A DNA stretch of 63,296 bases, the filler included, from Rhabdomonas costata (lineage: Eukaryota), in NCBI GenBank assembly GCA_019059605.1. It is 48 parts of 48 records of this genome, joined end to end, with 100 filler letters (N's around TTAATTAATTAA, not from the genome) between each part and the next. Parts side by side here need not be neighbours in the genome. Positions count along the whole stretch, not along the records: positions 62,076 to 63,296 come from JAHMHO010023079.1; 47 more parts are not named here. One strand, written 5' to 3'. The notes under the pieces are model-generated. The model did not search any database and was not told where the DNA came from. It saw nothing but the letters and a program-made list of their open reading frames with translations. The position numbers and the translations under genes were made by a program. Below are positions 62,976-63,296 of the stretch, piece after piece (the first letter of the stretch is position 1; the number at the start of each line of letters is the position of its first letter).

Positions 62976-63296
62976 CTGCGCGAGGGCAGGATGCACGACA
63001 TATGGGTCAGCATCAACGGACGGCTCCGTTCAGTCAGCTTCATTTCACGGTGGGGGAAATTCTGTCGGCTTTTGTGCACCTTTTACCGGAACCCCCAAGA
63101 TCAGCCTGACCCAAACCAGAAAGCAGGAGGGAAACGATTTGGAATCTGATGAGAACCACTGCCACTCTGTGTACAAGTGGGAAGGATACCGAGAGCAGGG
63201 CCACTTCCTTCGGCTCCGACACATTTGGCCGGATGGCTTCCTACACGGCTCTCCAGGGACCGGCAGCTGTTTTACCATTTTTTATGAACCCCCACA

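Noticed and set aside
1..63296. Apparent clustering of glycosyltransferases, a sterol cyclase, nucleotide cyclases and a helicase as a gene cluster
   Set aside because: Each lies on a different contig, apparently ordered by length; there is no real linkage.

Overview
This is not a continuous locus. It is 48 unrelated contigs of about 1.2 kb each, joined by 47 artificial 100-bp spacers (N44-TTAATTAATTAA-N44), so neighbourhood across spacers means nothing and ORFs that run into X or 'LIN' are artefacts. The DNA is eukaryotic nuclear sequence with short exons. By inference it is probably a euglenozoan or euglenid, given an articulin-like VPV exon, TTAGGG-type repeats, frequent GC-AG introns, weak 5' splice sites and VIPER/DIRS-like retroelement pieces. 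Recognisable exon sets: oxidosqualene cyclase (Thr-type GTNG motif), two class III nucleotide cyclases, a calmodulin/centrin-like EF-hand protein, a DDX60/Ski2-like helicase, a NO VEIN/sacsin-like protein, GT34 and fucosyltransferase-like glycosyltransferases, a PARN-like C-terminus, C2H2 zinc fingers, a kinase N-terminus and surface/mucin-like proteins. The most anomalous contig is 11899-13123: about 670 bp with no AAA or TTT and strong CATG enrichment, next to a degenerate CCCNAA array. It may be an organellar or extrachromosomal fragment, or subtelomeric DNA. No CRISPR, rRNA or tRNA genes were found, and no complete novel system can be shown from these fragments. All family calls are motif recognition by eye, not database hits.
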